From the IMG/VR virus record IMGVR_UViG_3300036406_001149: a stretch of DNA of 64,000 nt; one strand, 5' to 3'. Of this stretch, positions 18,121 to 27,415 are shown one piece after another; position 1 is the stretch's first letter; the number at the start of each line of letters is the position of its first letter. A model generated the notes under the pieces. It was not told where the DNA came from. It worked only from the letters and a program-made list of their open reading frames with translations, and did no database searches. The translations under genes and the position numbers were made by a program. Source of the DNA: a virus.

Positions 18121-19269
18121 TTAACCTTTCATATTTTTAAGTTTATTAATAGAGTTGGAAATATTATCTTGTGACTTTTTAATATCTCCTAATTTATTGT
18201 ATTTTTTTTCTAGTCCTTCTGTATTTATATCAACAACTACCTTACTGCTATCTATTGAAATAGGTGTCTGACTAGTTGAACTATGTTGTTTGACATTTTT
18301 TCTGTTATGGACAACATAATTGTTGTCTTCCGACACTCTATGATAATTTTGTAGTTTGCCAAGGCAATAACCAATCGCTATGCAAACCACATTAATCAAA
18401 CATGATATGTATATAATTATATTAATATGATTTGTATTAGATAATTCATTGGCTGTTGTAATCTGTTTAGTTTTACTAAATGAGTTTGTCTCTACTGGTG
18501 TTTTGGGTTTCTCTATGCTGGATATAACTTCGTTGATCCATGAACTAAATTTAGAAACCCTAGTGTGTCCAGCTTCATCTCCATAATTAGAGTTAGGATT
18601 TTTATCTTCTGCTATAACACAAGAATTGATTCCAGCTAATTTTTTATCTATAAATAGACCTCCTCCACTATCTCCATGAGATATGATAAATTCTAAAACT
18701 GTGTGTCTTGTGCTTCCTTTAAATGAAGGTGTACATATTAATAAATCTCTATCTATCTTATCAATATAATTAGACCCCGCTCTTCTGAGGTGATCTGATT
18801 TGACAGATCCTGTATTAAAGGTGCCAGTAATACCAAATCCAGATATGCAACAAATTTTTCCTACTTCATTATTTTCTGTATATAGTTCTGGATAAAAGTC
18901 TAAATTTATATCTTCTTTTATATATCCCAATGCAATATCTGCTGTGCCAAATTGATTATCGTTAAAATCTTTATGAATAAACATTTGATCGACACAATAT
19001 TCTTTATCCTCGACAACAACCTTGACTTTTTCACACGACTCAACAACATGTGCTGCTGTAATAATCCAGTTCTTTTTAATGACAACGGCCGAAGCACAGT
19101 ATGTTTTTTTATCAAAAGTTTGACCACAAATATGCACTACGCATTTAAATTTTTGACCATATGTGACATAAGAAGCATCTGATACCGAAGGATCAATAGT
19201 TCCTGCCTGACTATAACTAAATATAGTAGTAGATAAAATTATTATTAATAAAACACAGACATTTTTCAT
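18121..19269 (-). CDS. Signal-peptide trypsin-like (S1) serine protease with TM anchor and cytoplasmic tail
   Basis: ITAAHV, ADIAL, GDSGGGL triad; TM IIIYISCLINVVCIAIGYCLG; about 75-aa C-tail. Confidence 0.85.
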   Translation of the reverse strand: MKNVCVLLIIILSTTIFSYSQAGTIDPSVSDASYVTYGQKFKCVVHICGQTFDKKTYCASAVVIKKNWIITAAHVVESCEKVKVVVEDKEYCVDQMFIHKDFNDNQFGTADIALGYIKEDINLDFYPELYTENNEVGKICCISGFGITGTFNTGSVKSDHLRRAGSNYIDKIDRDLLICTPSFKGSTRHTVLEFIISHGDSGGGLFIDKKLAGINSCVIAEDKNPNSNYGDEAGHTRVSKFSSWINEVISSIEKPKTPVETNSFSKTKQITTANELSNTNHINIIIYISCLINVVCIAIGYCLGKLQNYHRVSEDNNYVVHNRKNVKQHSSTSQTPISIDSSKVVVDINTEGLEKKYNKLGDIKKSQDNISNSINKLKNMKG

Positions 19270-19294
19270 ATATCACCTTAACAATATTGGTAAT

Positions 19295-19307
19295 ATAATT
19301 ATACACT
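19295..19307 (-). promoter_or_regulatory. Class II promoter motif AGTGTATAATTAT
   Basis: About 26 nt upstream of ATG 19269; separate RBS AAGGTGA. Confidence 0.45.
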
Positions 19308-19320
19308 ATTAACCGATATT

Positions 19321-19632
19321 TTATGGTCTGGTAATAATTTTTTGATTCATATTAGCACAATCATTGACAACATTTTTATTCCAACTTTTAAAATACATTA
19401 GATGTCCAAAAAGAATATGACAATTCTCTGAACATAAAGTAATCAGATTATCTATATCTAGTTCTTTTGATGGATCAATATGAACAGGTACGATGTGATG
19501 TACTTCAAGATTTTTAGAAGATCCACAAGCTGTGCATGTCGGATACTTTTTAAGGTGTTCCTTACGAATAGTACTCCATTTTGGAGACCTAATCGCATAT
19601 CTAAGTTTTCTTGATGAAAAAAAATTTAACAT
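19321..19632 (-). CDS. HNH endonuclease
   Basis: CTAC...EVHHIVP...DNLITLCSENCH. Confidence 0.85.
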   Translation of the reverse strand: MLNFFSSRKLRYAIRSPKWSTIRKEHLKKYPTCTACGSSKNLEVHHIVPVHIDPSKELDIDNLITLCSENCHILFGHLMYFKSWNKNVVNDCANMNQKIITRP

Positions 19633-20034
19633 TTATGGTTTAGACTTTATCCATTCTTTCAACTCTGTTTTGTTTTTATTGTATCCTACTCTTCTTTTTA
19701 TTTCTTTGTTTTTATGAAACAAAATTTGATCAGGTATTGCTTTTACTTTATACTCTTGTGTAAGATCTTTTCTTTTGTCATAATCTATATAGCATATGAT
19801 GCTGTTCTCTATTAAAGTTAAATCATTATGAATATCTTGTTTCAAAATATTACAGGCTCCGCACCAATCTGCTGTAAAAATCCACAACAAAGGTAATTCT
19901 GTATCTATTGCTAAAAGGATACTATCTTCTGCTGTTTTTACAAAAATAGGAGGGGCCGCAAATAAAGTCTGACTACTTAATAGTAATATACAGAATATAA
20001 TAATGCTATGTACTAGATATTTGAGATTTGACAT
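19633..20034 (-). CDS. Exported thioredoxin-like protein
   Basis: Signal peptide; FTADWCGAC (CxxC); KAIP cis-Pro; RRVG. Confidence 0.75.
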   Translation of the reverse strand: MSNLKYLVHSIIIFCILLLSSQTLFAAPPIFVKTAEDSILLAIDTELPLLWIFTADWCGACNILKQDIHNDLTLIENSIICYIDYDKRKDLTQEYKVKAIPDQILFHKNKEIKRRVGYNKNKTELKEWIKSKP

Positions 20035-20923
20035 TGCCTAGTATTCTTCCTTTTTGGGTCTTAATAACATACCCCATTCTGACCATAAAAGGCTCAATAC
20101 TATTTTCGATAGTCTCTATCGCAATACCTGTTAGAGAAGACATACTCTTTAATCCAATTGGATTTAGTTTGTTTTTAGATAATATATCTAAATATAACCT
20201 ATCATACACATCTAGTCCTCGATGATCTATGCCTTGTGTATTAAAAATCTCATCCACAGATGGCTTATTATTAATATGGTATGTTACATAGCTCTTATAC
20301 CATTGTAGGCGGGCATTTAAAATACGAGGAGTACCTTTACTTCGTTTTGCAATCTCTAAAAGATCATCATCAGAGATGATAATACCTAGTTTATTCGCAT
20401 TCAATCTTGCTAGTTTAGCTAGATCACTGTCACTATAAAATGACAAATGTTCTTTCATAGTAAATCTATCATAGAATGGTTGACTCAGACTACCTCCACT
20501 CGTAGTTGCTCCAATAATAGTAAACATTGGAAGATCAATAGTTTCTGGTTTATTTTCGATAACTAAAGATAATACAAAATCTTCCATAATAGGATATAGA
20601 AATTCTTCAACAATTTTTGGCAATCTATGAATTTCATCTATAAACAATACTGATCTTGGAGCTATCCCCATTAAATATGGTAATAGATTTTTAATGCTTC
20701 TAATATTAGCCCCATTGACTGTGTAAAGATTTACATTTAGTTCTGTTGCTATAGCACTCGCTATGGTTGTTTTACCAAGACCTGGAGGCCCATCTATTAA
20801 AACATGAGGCATAACCCCACTAGCATCAGATCCTTTAAATGCACTAGAAACTATTTTTAGTCTACTGATAACATCGTCCTGACCAATAATATCTTCAAAA
20901 CGAGAAGGTCTAATAGTATTCAT
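20006..20923 (-). CDS. ruvB: Holliday junction branch-migration ATPase RuvB
   Basis: RPSRFEDIIGQ, GPPGLGKTT, FIDEIHRL, GATT, DRF, GTPRI, TQKGR. Confidence 0.93.
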   Translation of the reverse strand: MNTIRPSRFEDIIGQDDVISRLKIVSSAFKGSDASGVMPHVLIDGPPGLGKTTIASAIATELNVNLYTVNGANIRSIKNLLPYLMGIAPRSVLFIDEIHRLPKIVEEFLYPIMEDFVLSLVIENKPETIDLPMFTIIGATTSGGSLSQPFYDRFTMKEHLSFYSDSDLAKLARLNANKLGIIISDDDLLEIAKRSKGTPRILNARLQWYKSYVTYHINNKPSVDEIFNTQGIDHRGLDVYDRLYLDILSKNKLNPIGLKSMSSLTGIAIETIENSIEPFMVRMGYVIKTQKGRILGNVKSQISST

Positions 20924-21324
20924 ATAGCAGCACTTCCAAAGTTAGATAAACAATGTTTAATAAGTTTGACGCAATCAATTTCCTGTGTTTCTTCAAAACT
21001 TTTTTCTATCAGAGATATCGCTTCTGATTCTGAGAAACCGTATTGAGATAGTATATGAACAGCATTTGTTTTTAAGTTCGTAGGAATACTCTTCTTAGAG
21101 GATACTTTCTGTGTGGGGTGTTTATTTTGTAGCTGTACATAGATGATTTTTATACCCTCAATAGGTTTGGGTTTGTAAATACTCCCACAATCACACACAA
21201 TTTTAAAATTTGGAGTTTGACTTTCTTTTAATGAAAGCCAGTGTTTAATTTGACATTCTGTACATTCATATATAAAGTGTACATCATAATCAATCGGTTT
21301 CAGGTTTTTCTTGCGATGTTTCAT
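20920..21324 (-). CDS. Zinc-ribbon protein fused to a RuvA C-terminal (domain III) module
   Basis: CTEC...CDCG; NAVHILSQYGFSESEAISLIEK...LIKHCL matches RuvA AVxALxxLGYxxxEA...LIRxAL; 4-bp overlap with ruvB. Confidence 0.65.
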   Translation of the reverse strand: MKHRKKNLKPIDYDVHFIYECTECQIKHWLSLKESQTPNFKIVCDCGSIYKPKPIEGIKIIYVQLQNKHPTQKVSSKKSIPTNLKTNAVHILSQYGFSESEAISLIEKSFEETQEIDCVKLIKHCLSNFGSAAI

Positions 21325-21721
21325 TATTTTTTACCCAAAATATAAAGTCGTTCGATTCGTTATCATAAGCTGTTTCCAATAAGCCTTTATTTACTAATGT
21401 ATTTAGCATATTGCTAATCATTCTACTATTAAAACATTCTATCATCTCCATATATTTCTTGTTAGATAATATGTATCTATATTTTTTTGTTTTCTTATTA
21501 ACTTCTGTCGTAATAAAATCTTTAGCTAACACCTCACATTCTTGTTGACTCAATACTGTGTCTATTTCTTGCTTTTCTTCTTCAGATAAGTCTGATAGTA
21601 AAAGAGATAATTCGTCTATATCTTGTTGATTTGTATTTCCAAAAATATCAAAAACTAATACTCTGGTTGACTCTATAAACTTTTTTAAATCATCTATGAT
21701 ATACCATTCATCTTTTTGCAT
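21290..21721 (-). CDS. Hypothetical protein, paralogue of 38068-38436
   Basis: Shared motifs YxIxDLxxF/YxxSxR and LxExAxDxxSNxxIFW. Confidence 0.65.
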   Translation of the reverse strand: MQKDEWYIIDDLKKFIESTRVLVFDIFGNTNQQDIDELSLLLSDLSEEEKQEIDTVLSQQECEVLAKDFITTEVNKKTKKYRYILSNKKYMEMIECFNSRMISNMLNTLVNKGLLETAYDNESNDFIFWVKNNETSQEKPETD

Positions 21722-21725
21722 AAAT

Positions 21726-22139
21726 TTAGTTCAGTATATCGAACAATCCTTTGTAATAGTGAGGTTGTTGTAAAAAGTATACTGGATGACTTTCTATATG
21801 TTTTCTATATATCATATTAACAGGATCTGATACAAAGTATTTATTTTTCCATATAGGTTGACCCTGATAGTTATTCCCCAAATACTGGAAGGTATCACCC
21901 TTACCAGTATTGGAGAAGTAACTATTCACAGGAACCGATTTGTATGGAAAACCGTACACATCCGGCATAGTATACCATGTGTTTGGCGAAGAATCAACTA
22001 TTTCGTTTAACGCATCGTATAGCCATTTTCCCCAAACATCCCACGCTGCTGGATCAAACTTAAAGTAATATTTATAGTTTTTTGGTACATCGTCATAATC
22101 ATGTTCATCGTCATCATTATAGCTATAATCTTCATGCAT
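21726..22139 (-). CDS. Hypothetical aromatic-rich protein
   Basis: ORF track. Confidence 0.55.
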   Translation of the reverse strand: MHEDYSYNDDDEHDYDDVPKNYKYYFKFDPAAWDVWGKWLYDALNEIVDSSPNTWYTMPDVYGFPYKSVPVNSYFSNTGKGDTFQYLGNNYQGQPIWKNKYFVSDPVNMIYRKHIESHPVYFLQQPHYYKGLFDILN

Positions 22140-22143
22140 AGTA

Positions 22144-23301
22144 TTATCCTATACAAAACTTGTCACTGATTTGTGAGGCTAGGTCTTTAGCAGCATTAGA
22201 CAAGAATCTGTTATTGCTAAAGTAGAGAGGCGTTGAGACTTGATTAAGGAACTCCACGACCGTTTTTAAAAGCTTGGTCTGGGAACCGTCAAGATCTAAA
22301 TCTTCGCCCCCAGCGTCAATAGGAAGAGACTCAAGAGTGTCCGTATCGTCCTGCGTTACAGGGGATACTGGAGTAGGATCACCATAAGCCTTCTGAAAAC
22401 CCCCACAGAAAGGATGACCATAAACAGGCTTGATATTATCAGTACTGTTAGTATATGTTTCAAGACTTAAAGACTTCATCTGATTTGCAATATTTGTGGC
22501 AATATTAACTGCTACTGGAACTCCAGTAATATCAGACCTTTTATAAGCCTTGGCATATTCTTTAAACCATTCGTCGCTAGTCTTATTTGCAACAATATTA
22601 ACAACAGCAGACACTCCATCAAGAGCTTCTTTAAGCTGTTCAATATTTACCGGATTACCAGTTGATCCCGACAGAATACTGGTAAAATAAGGTTGCTTTC
22701 CTTCCCAACCCTTCCTCCACCAAGTATAAGGGATTCTATAAATCTGATTGATTTTTATAGCTCGGGCATCACCACCAAAGTGATTTACAAGCTTCTTTTG
22801 AATACCATTCCAATAAGTCTTGTGAGGATTAATATTGTTTTGGTTGAGAATCCAATAGCACTGATAACCATTACGAGTATCAACAACCCAACTTGGCTTT
22901 ACTGGAAAGTTATTAATCTGGTTCAAGAATTCCTTTTTCTTTTGCATGACAATACTAGGCTTAAAATAACGACCTTGATCATCTCGCCCAGCGTCCATAT
23001 CAACAAAACAAGCACGAATTCTACTAATAGCATACTGCTTACGTCCACCATTAACATAGAAGTAAGCATCAGCACCTTGACTATCGTTGGCAATAGCAAC
23101 AGTGGTAAGATGATCTGTATGATTCATACTACTGATCTTCTTACGAGGATCACCATTGTAGCAGAAAATCTGCTGACCACCAAAAGAATCAAAAAACTTA
23201 TTTCGCAAAGTAATCTGATCTCTTGTTCCAATAGCACTATGAGTCTTATCGAACGGATTAAAAGCCAAAGTATCACTAAACATTTGTTTTCCTTTTTCCA
23301 C
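22144..23301 (-). CDS. RepB-like (archaeo-eukaryotic superfamily) primase
   Basis: ACFVDMD (DxD), PSWVVDTRNGYQCYWIL, GGD...IYRIP. Confidence 0.7.
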   Translation of the reverse strand: MEKGKQMFSDTLAFNPFDKTHSAIGTRDQITLRNKFFDSFGGQQIFCYNGDPRKKISSMNHTDHLTTVAIANDSQGADAYFYVNGGRKQYAISRIRACFVDMDAGRDDQGRYFKPSIVMQKKKEFLNQINNFPVKPSWVVDTRNGYQCYWILNQNNINPHKTYWNGIQKKLVNHFGGDARAIKINQIYRIPYTWWRKGWEGKQPYFTSILSGSTGNPVNIEQLKEALDGVSAVVNIVANKTSDEWFKEYAKAYKRSDITGVPVAVNIATNIANQMKSLSLETYTNSTDNIKPVYGHPFCGGFQKAYGDPTPVSPVTQDDTDTLESLPIDAGGEDLDLDGSQTKLLKTVVEFLNQVSTPLYFSNNRFLSNAAKDLASQISDKFCIG

Positions 23302-23361
23302 TTCCTACCTACAATTTTGATATTGGGACAGTAAACACTACCGTCAAAAGCAATATCTTAA

Positions 23362-23443
23362 AAGATGGTAACGGAATCGAACCGTTATTGTACGATAGCA
23401 GAAACTATATAGGTGCTATCTTACAAGTTACCAAACACCACCT
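23362..23443 (-). ncRNA. tRNA-like / tmRNA-TLD-like RNA, 82 nt
   Basis: Acceptor AGGTGGT/ACCATCT with G3:U70; T-arm AACGG-TTCGATT-CCGTT; 12-bp central helix with a 13-nt loop in place of an anticodon arm. Confidence 0.6.
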
Positions 23444-23456
23444 TGACTATCAAGAA

Positions 23457-24326
23457 TCAATACTGATCATCCTCATCGTCATAATCTTCATCCTCATCCT
23501 CGTCATCATCTTCTTCGTCAAACTGATCCCAATAACTCTCGTCATAATCATTCAGATAATCTTCCTCATCGTCCTCGTAATCATCCTGACTAAAATCAGC
23601 CTTGTAAAGAGGCTTGAGCAATTCGCCCTCATACTCACCAACTACTTCGTAGCGACAAGTGCGAAGCTTTTCATAGTTGCAATCACTAGGGACACTGACA
23701 ACATCCTTGGGATTAATCTTGACGATCACAATGCGGTCGCCAGCCTCAAGACTACCATAACCAGCAACATAATTCAATGCTCCAGCATGAAGCCCATTAG
23801 AACAACCACGACCACGATCATCGTCTACCTTTGCTCGTTGCATTTGGCAGACCTGACCAACCCTGTTATCAAAAACTCCCCTATACTTATCCTTAAAGTC
23901 TGAACGAACAGCCTTATAAGCGAGGAAGAAACCATCCTCAGTGATAGGCAGATGCTCATGCTCCAAGAAATCATACAGTTCCTTCTGACTCTGCATACTT
24001 GGATTTTCCATGAGATTATTCAGGAAATTAACAAGGGGCTGAAACGGCAATCCCTTGCTCATAAACTCCAGAATACGCTTACTAATACTACCATGAACTT
24101 CCTCACCCTCGTAGAGAACCTGTCCATTCTTGATCTCTACAAGACCATCACTAAAAGTAGCAACAGCCTTTTGAATATCAACAACTTCCAACAGTTCCTC
24201 TGCCGTAGCAGTAGGAAGTCTTTCCAGAATCAACTTATAGTTGATATGATCCGGCAAAACCTGATAACTCTGGTTATTAAGAACCAGCGTCAAATTACCA
24301 TCCACAAACATAAACGGAACAGCCAT
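23457..24326 (-). CDS. rIIB: rIIB-like protein
   Basis: LYDFLEH..LPITEDG.FLAYKAV, CSNGLH, VKINPKDVVSVPSD, KLRTCRYEVV; follows rIIA. Confidence 0.8.
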   Translation of the reverse strand: MAVPFMFVDGNLTLVLNNQSYQVLPDHINYKLILERLPTATAEELLEVVDIQKAVATFSDGLVEIKNGQVLYEGEEVHGSISKRILEFMSKGLPFQPLVNFLNNLMENPSMQSQKELYDFLEHEHLPITEDGFFLAYKAVRSDFKDKYRGVFDNRVGQVCQMQRAKVDDDRGRGCSNGLHAGALNYVAGYGSLEAGDRIVIVKINPKDVVSVPSDCNYEKLRTCRYEVVGEYEGELLKPLYKADFSQDDYEDDEEDYLNDYDESYWDQFDEEDDDEDEDEDYDDEDDQY

Positions 24327-24373
24327 AATCCAAACTCCTAATACTTTGTAGTTACGATACCTGTGATACTGTC

Positions 24374-24401
24374 ATTTTACACTAATCGACAAGCTTGTCA
24401 A
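24374..24401 (-). promoter_or_regulatory. Sigma70-type promoter TTGACA-16-TAAAAT
   Basis: Spacer contains GTCGAT. Confidence 0.7.
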
Positions 24402-24422
24402 GGGGTCTTGAGAAATTTCTGA

Positions 24423-27098
24423 CTACTTGATCAAACTACTCAACTGAATCTTAAATAGGTCAATATTCTCCTGACTCATCTGCTCAACCCAATCCCTGCT
24501 CTGCTTTCCATAATATGAGCGATCTTCAATAATAGGATTCTGATTAGATTTAAGGTCTACCAGATTACCAGAGACTTGATGATTTCCCATAATAACCTTG
24601 AGCATAGGATTCTTGTCTACCTCAGTTTTAATCTTTTCCCTAATCTCAGAGATTCTCCATCTCTTCAAATCTTCCGTAGAAGTTCCACGGATAATCTTTA
24701 GATAAGCATCTGACTTACTATCACCAGCATACAAGTAATTAACAATCATTTTTGTCAAGGTGTTGTAGGCCAAATTAGCATTACGAATCTCCTTGCCATC
24801 AACATTATCAATACCAACCTCTTTCATAAGCTTAGAGATATGGGAAAGATATTCTGTTTGATTAAACCTTGGAATATTAAAAGGACTCACATGAACAGTA
24901 TTAGCAAAGAACTCTGTGAGCATGGTCTTATTCAAGCAATCCACAAGAGTTTTGTTATTAATAAACTTATCATAATCCAGACCAAAGATATTCAGAATAT
25001 GAAACATAAACTGCTTATCTGTTGTTCCGTGTTGATAATATCTGTATCCTCCGGTACTCCTCTCCTCTTCTGCGTAATCCTTCTTGCAATATTCAACAAG
25101 CTTGTTAATAGAAGCAAGATTCTTAAAGTGTTTTTGTGCTACAACTTTGAGTTGACGCTTCAGAAAAACATTGAAGTTAATAAGATTGTAGTTATCTTTC
25201 TCAAGCTTTTTAACGAAAGCTGTTTTGATAGCATAAATCTTACTATTGCCAATCAAGTCCTTGACTATGCTCTTTAACGTATCCTCTTGAAGAGTTCTAC
25301 TAATACTATTGATTTCTGGACAACCAGACTCAGGTTCAGTTCCATACCTCAACATGGGAACATAAATAATCTCATCTTGTTCCAGAAAGTTTTCTAGTTG
25401 TTCTTCTGAAAGAATTCTTAGATGCGTAGCATCATTATAAGGATTAGTAATCTGCTTACTATCCTTATCATAGCCGTGAATAAAGAATACGTCTTGGTCG
25501 CTGACACTACCGTTAGAATTTCTATTGTAAGACTTTCTTGGGCCAGAACTTTGTGTCAGATGCTTATAGTCTGAAACCTTGAGCAAATTTTCAGCCCCAA
25601 CATCTTCGATCAGTTGATCAAAACCTTCATTGCTTTTTGTATGATCCTTAGTGTCGATCATCAGATAAGCAAAGCAATCGTTAGCATTGCAATATCTTGT
25701 GAGAATTTTCTTGGCACTTTCTTCACTAGCAACGTCGCACACAAAGAAAGCCATTGTACCCTTTTTCTTCTGGTTATTCCAATAATAGGAACCTTTACCA
25801 GTAAGAGTTTCGTGATGGATTCTATCTGTCAGAGCAACTTGGCGACGAGAACGATAGCCAGCAGTCTTGTAATTAAAAACGTACAGACTCTTACCGGCAG
25901 GAATTTTATATTCCAAGTCATTGCCAGAGTTGATAGGATGATCTTTACCCTTGGGATCAGTCCAAGTTGCACCAACACCCCAGCCGCCAGCCAATTCATT
26001 CATAGTATAATATGAAGTAATTGCTTCTACTTTGTTCTTGGACGCTTGAATTTTCTTGGAGAATTCTTCCTTCATCTCCATATAAATTTCTTGGGTCTTT
26101 TTACGCAGAGTCTTAATTACGTCCTTAGTATACTGCAAACCTTCACGGGAAACATCCATTTCCAGTTCACCGATACCAAAATCAAGCTCAAGATATAGGC
26201 CAGAATTAAGAATCTCTCCCACAAAGCTCTTCCAAGAATCAATATCTGCTTTCTGGAAAGCTCTATTCCACTTCTGAATATGATCGGGCATTTCTTCCTT
26301 TTCTTGACCAACAATCTGTGCGGTCTGAACAGGATAGGCAATATTACCCATGATAGCTACGATACCACTATCAATTCGATGATAATTGCTGGGGAAATAA
26401 CTGTTGTCATTATTAAGACGGCAAACTCTCCAACCTTCACCACTGATAATGATATTGGTGTTGCTGTACTTATGATCTTGCAGATTATTCCCGATACCAC
26501 CTTCAAGGATGGGTTTCATGCGAAAATAATGGAAGATTCTCTTAGCCTTATCAGTAAACTCTTGAAAGTCATGCTGCTTAACAGCAAAACTAATCTCAAG
26601 ACCATTAGGCTCAGATGTAGTAGAAGTATTAAAAAGATTCAGAGTAGGAACACCACTCTCGTCAATCGCTGCAATGTAAGTATACTTCTTTCCGTTGAAG
26701 TATGATGCAGTAGTAAAACTCTTGGTATATGCGAAGGGACTCTTAGACCCTAGACCAAGACAACCAACAAAATCATTGCTATCATTCTTGTTGGATGCTC
26801 CGTAGGTTGTATACAAGTCCTCCATATCTTCCTGACTAAGACCAGTACCATAATCTCTCACAACAAAAGTGGGATTAGCAGCAGTGGGCAAAGTAACCTT
26901 GAAGGGATTCTTATTCCCGGCAGAGATATGACTATCATAAGCATTAGTAGAAAGCTCACGAATCGCAGCCATAACCTTATCAGAATAAAGGGAGTCTGAA
27001 AGGATTTTAAACATTTTGCTCGTCTGAGCAATATTAAACTGATTCCTGCTTGCAACGCCAACGCTGTGAGTCTCAATCGTCCTATCTGCCAACTTCAT
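24423..27098 (-). CDS. rIIA: rIIA-like protein with N-terminal GHKL ATPase domain
   Basis: ILSDSLYSDK, IRELSTNAYDS, VRDYGTGLS, GCLGLGSKSPFAY, NGLEISF, MDVSREGL. Confidence 0.85.
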   Translation of the reverse strand: MKLADRTIETHSVGVASRNQFNIAQTSKMFKILSDSLYSDKVMAAIRELSTNAYDSHISAGNKNPFKVTLPTAANPTFVVRDYGTGLSQEDMEDLYTTYGASNKNDSNDFVGCLGLGSKSPFAYTKSFTTASYFNGKKYTYIAAIDESGVPTLNLFNTSTTSEPNGLEISFAVKQHDFQEFTDKAKRIFHYFRMKPILEGGIGNNLQDHKYSNTNIIISGEGWRVCRLNNDNSYFPSNYHRIDSGIVAIMGNIAYPVQTAQIVGQEKEEMPDHIQKWNRAFQKADIDSWKSFVGEILNSGLYLELDFGIGELEMDVSREGLQYTKDVIKTLRKKTQEIYMEMKEEFSKKIQASKNKVEAITSYYTMNELAGGWGVGATWTDPKGKDHPINSGNDLEYKIPAGKSLYVFNYKTAGYRSRRQVALTDRIHHETLTGKGSYYWNNQKKKGTMAFFVCDVASEESAKKILTRYCNANDCFAYLMIDTKDHTKSNEGFDQLIEDVGAENLLKVSDYKHLTQSSGPRKSYNRNSNGSVSDQDVFFIHGYDKDSKQITNPYNDATHLRILSEEQLENFLEQDEIIYVPMLRYGTEPESGCPEINSISRTLQEDTLKSIVKDLIGNSKIYAIKTAFVKKLEKDNYNLINFNVFLKRQLKVVAQKHFKNLASINKLVEYCKKDYAEEERSTGGYRYYQHGTTDKQFMFHILNIFGLDYDKFINNKTLVDCLNKTMLTEFFANTVHVSPFNIPRFNQTEYLSHISKLMKEVGIDNVDGKEIRNANLAYNTLTKMIVNYLYAGDSKSDAYLKIIRGTSTEDLKRWRISEIREKIKTEVDKNPMLKVIMGNHQVSGNLVDLKSNQNPIIEDRSYYGKQSRDWVEQMSQENIDLFKIQLSSLIK

Positions 27099-27138
27099 CT
27101 TATTTCTCCAAAAGTGTTATCGTTCCTGTGATGGCTCA

Positions 27139-27167
27139 AGTATATCATCGGCAAACCGTCTTGTCAA
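27139..27167 (-). promoter_or_regulatory. Sigma70-type promoter TTGACA-17-TATACT
   Basis: Spacer contains GCCGATGA (extended -10 TGn). Confidence 0.75.
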
Positions 27168-27415
27168 GCATCACTTTTCTTTTGTTGTCTGTCTGAGATT
27201 ATTTTAAAGCCGATGGCTATGTCTATCAGACCCATAACTTTTAAAAAGACCACAGGCAAAGTGAATGTCAAACCACCAACCAATATACAGAGAAGTCCCA
27301 TTATCCATATAACAATCTTTGGCATCCAATCAAATAAAGATAAGATATAACTTAATGGCCCAATAATGAGCACAGAGAAAAAAATTATTGTTACTAGTAG
27401 AACTAAACTAGCCAC
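27164..27415 (-). CDS. Small multi-TM membrane protein
   Basis: Three hydrophobic segments. Confidence 0.6.
   Translation of the reverse strand: MASLVLLVTIIFFSVLIIGPLSYILSLFDWMPKIVIWIMGLLCILVGGLTFTLPVVFLKVMGLIDIAIGFKIISDRQQKKSDA

Noticed and set aside
23460-23590. Trinucleotide-like TCA/TCG/TCC repeat tract
   Set aside because: It encodes the Asp/Glu-rich tail of rIIB; low-complexity coding, not a repeat element.
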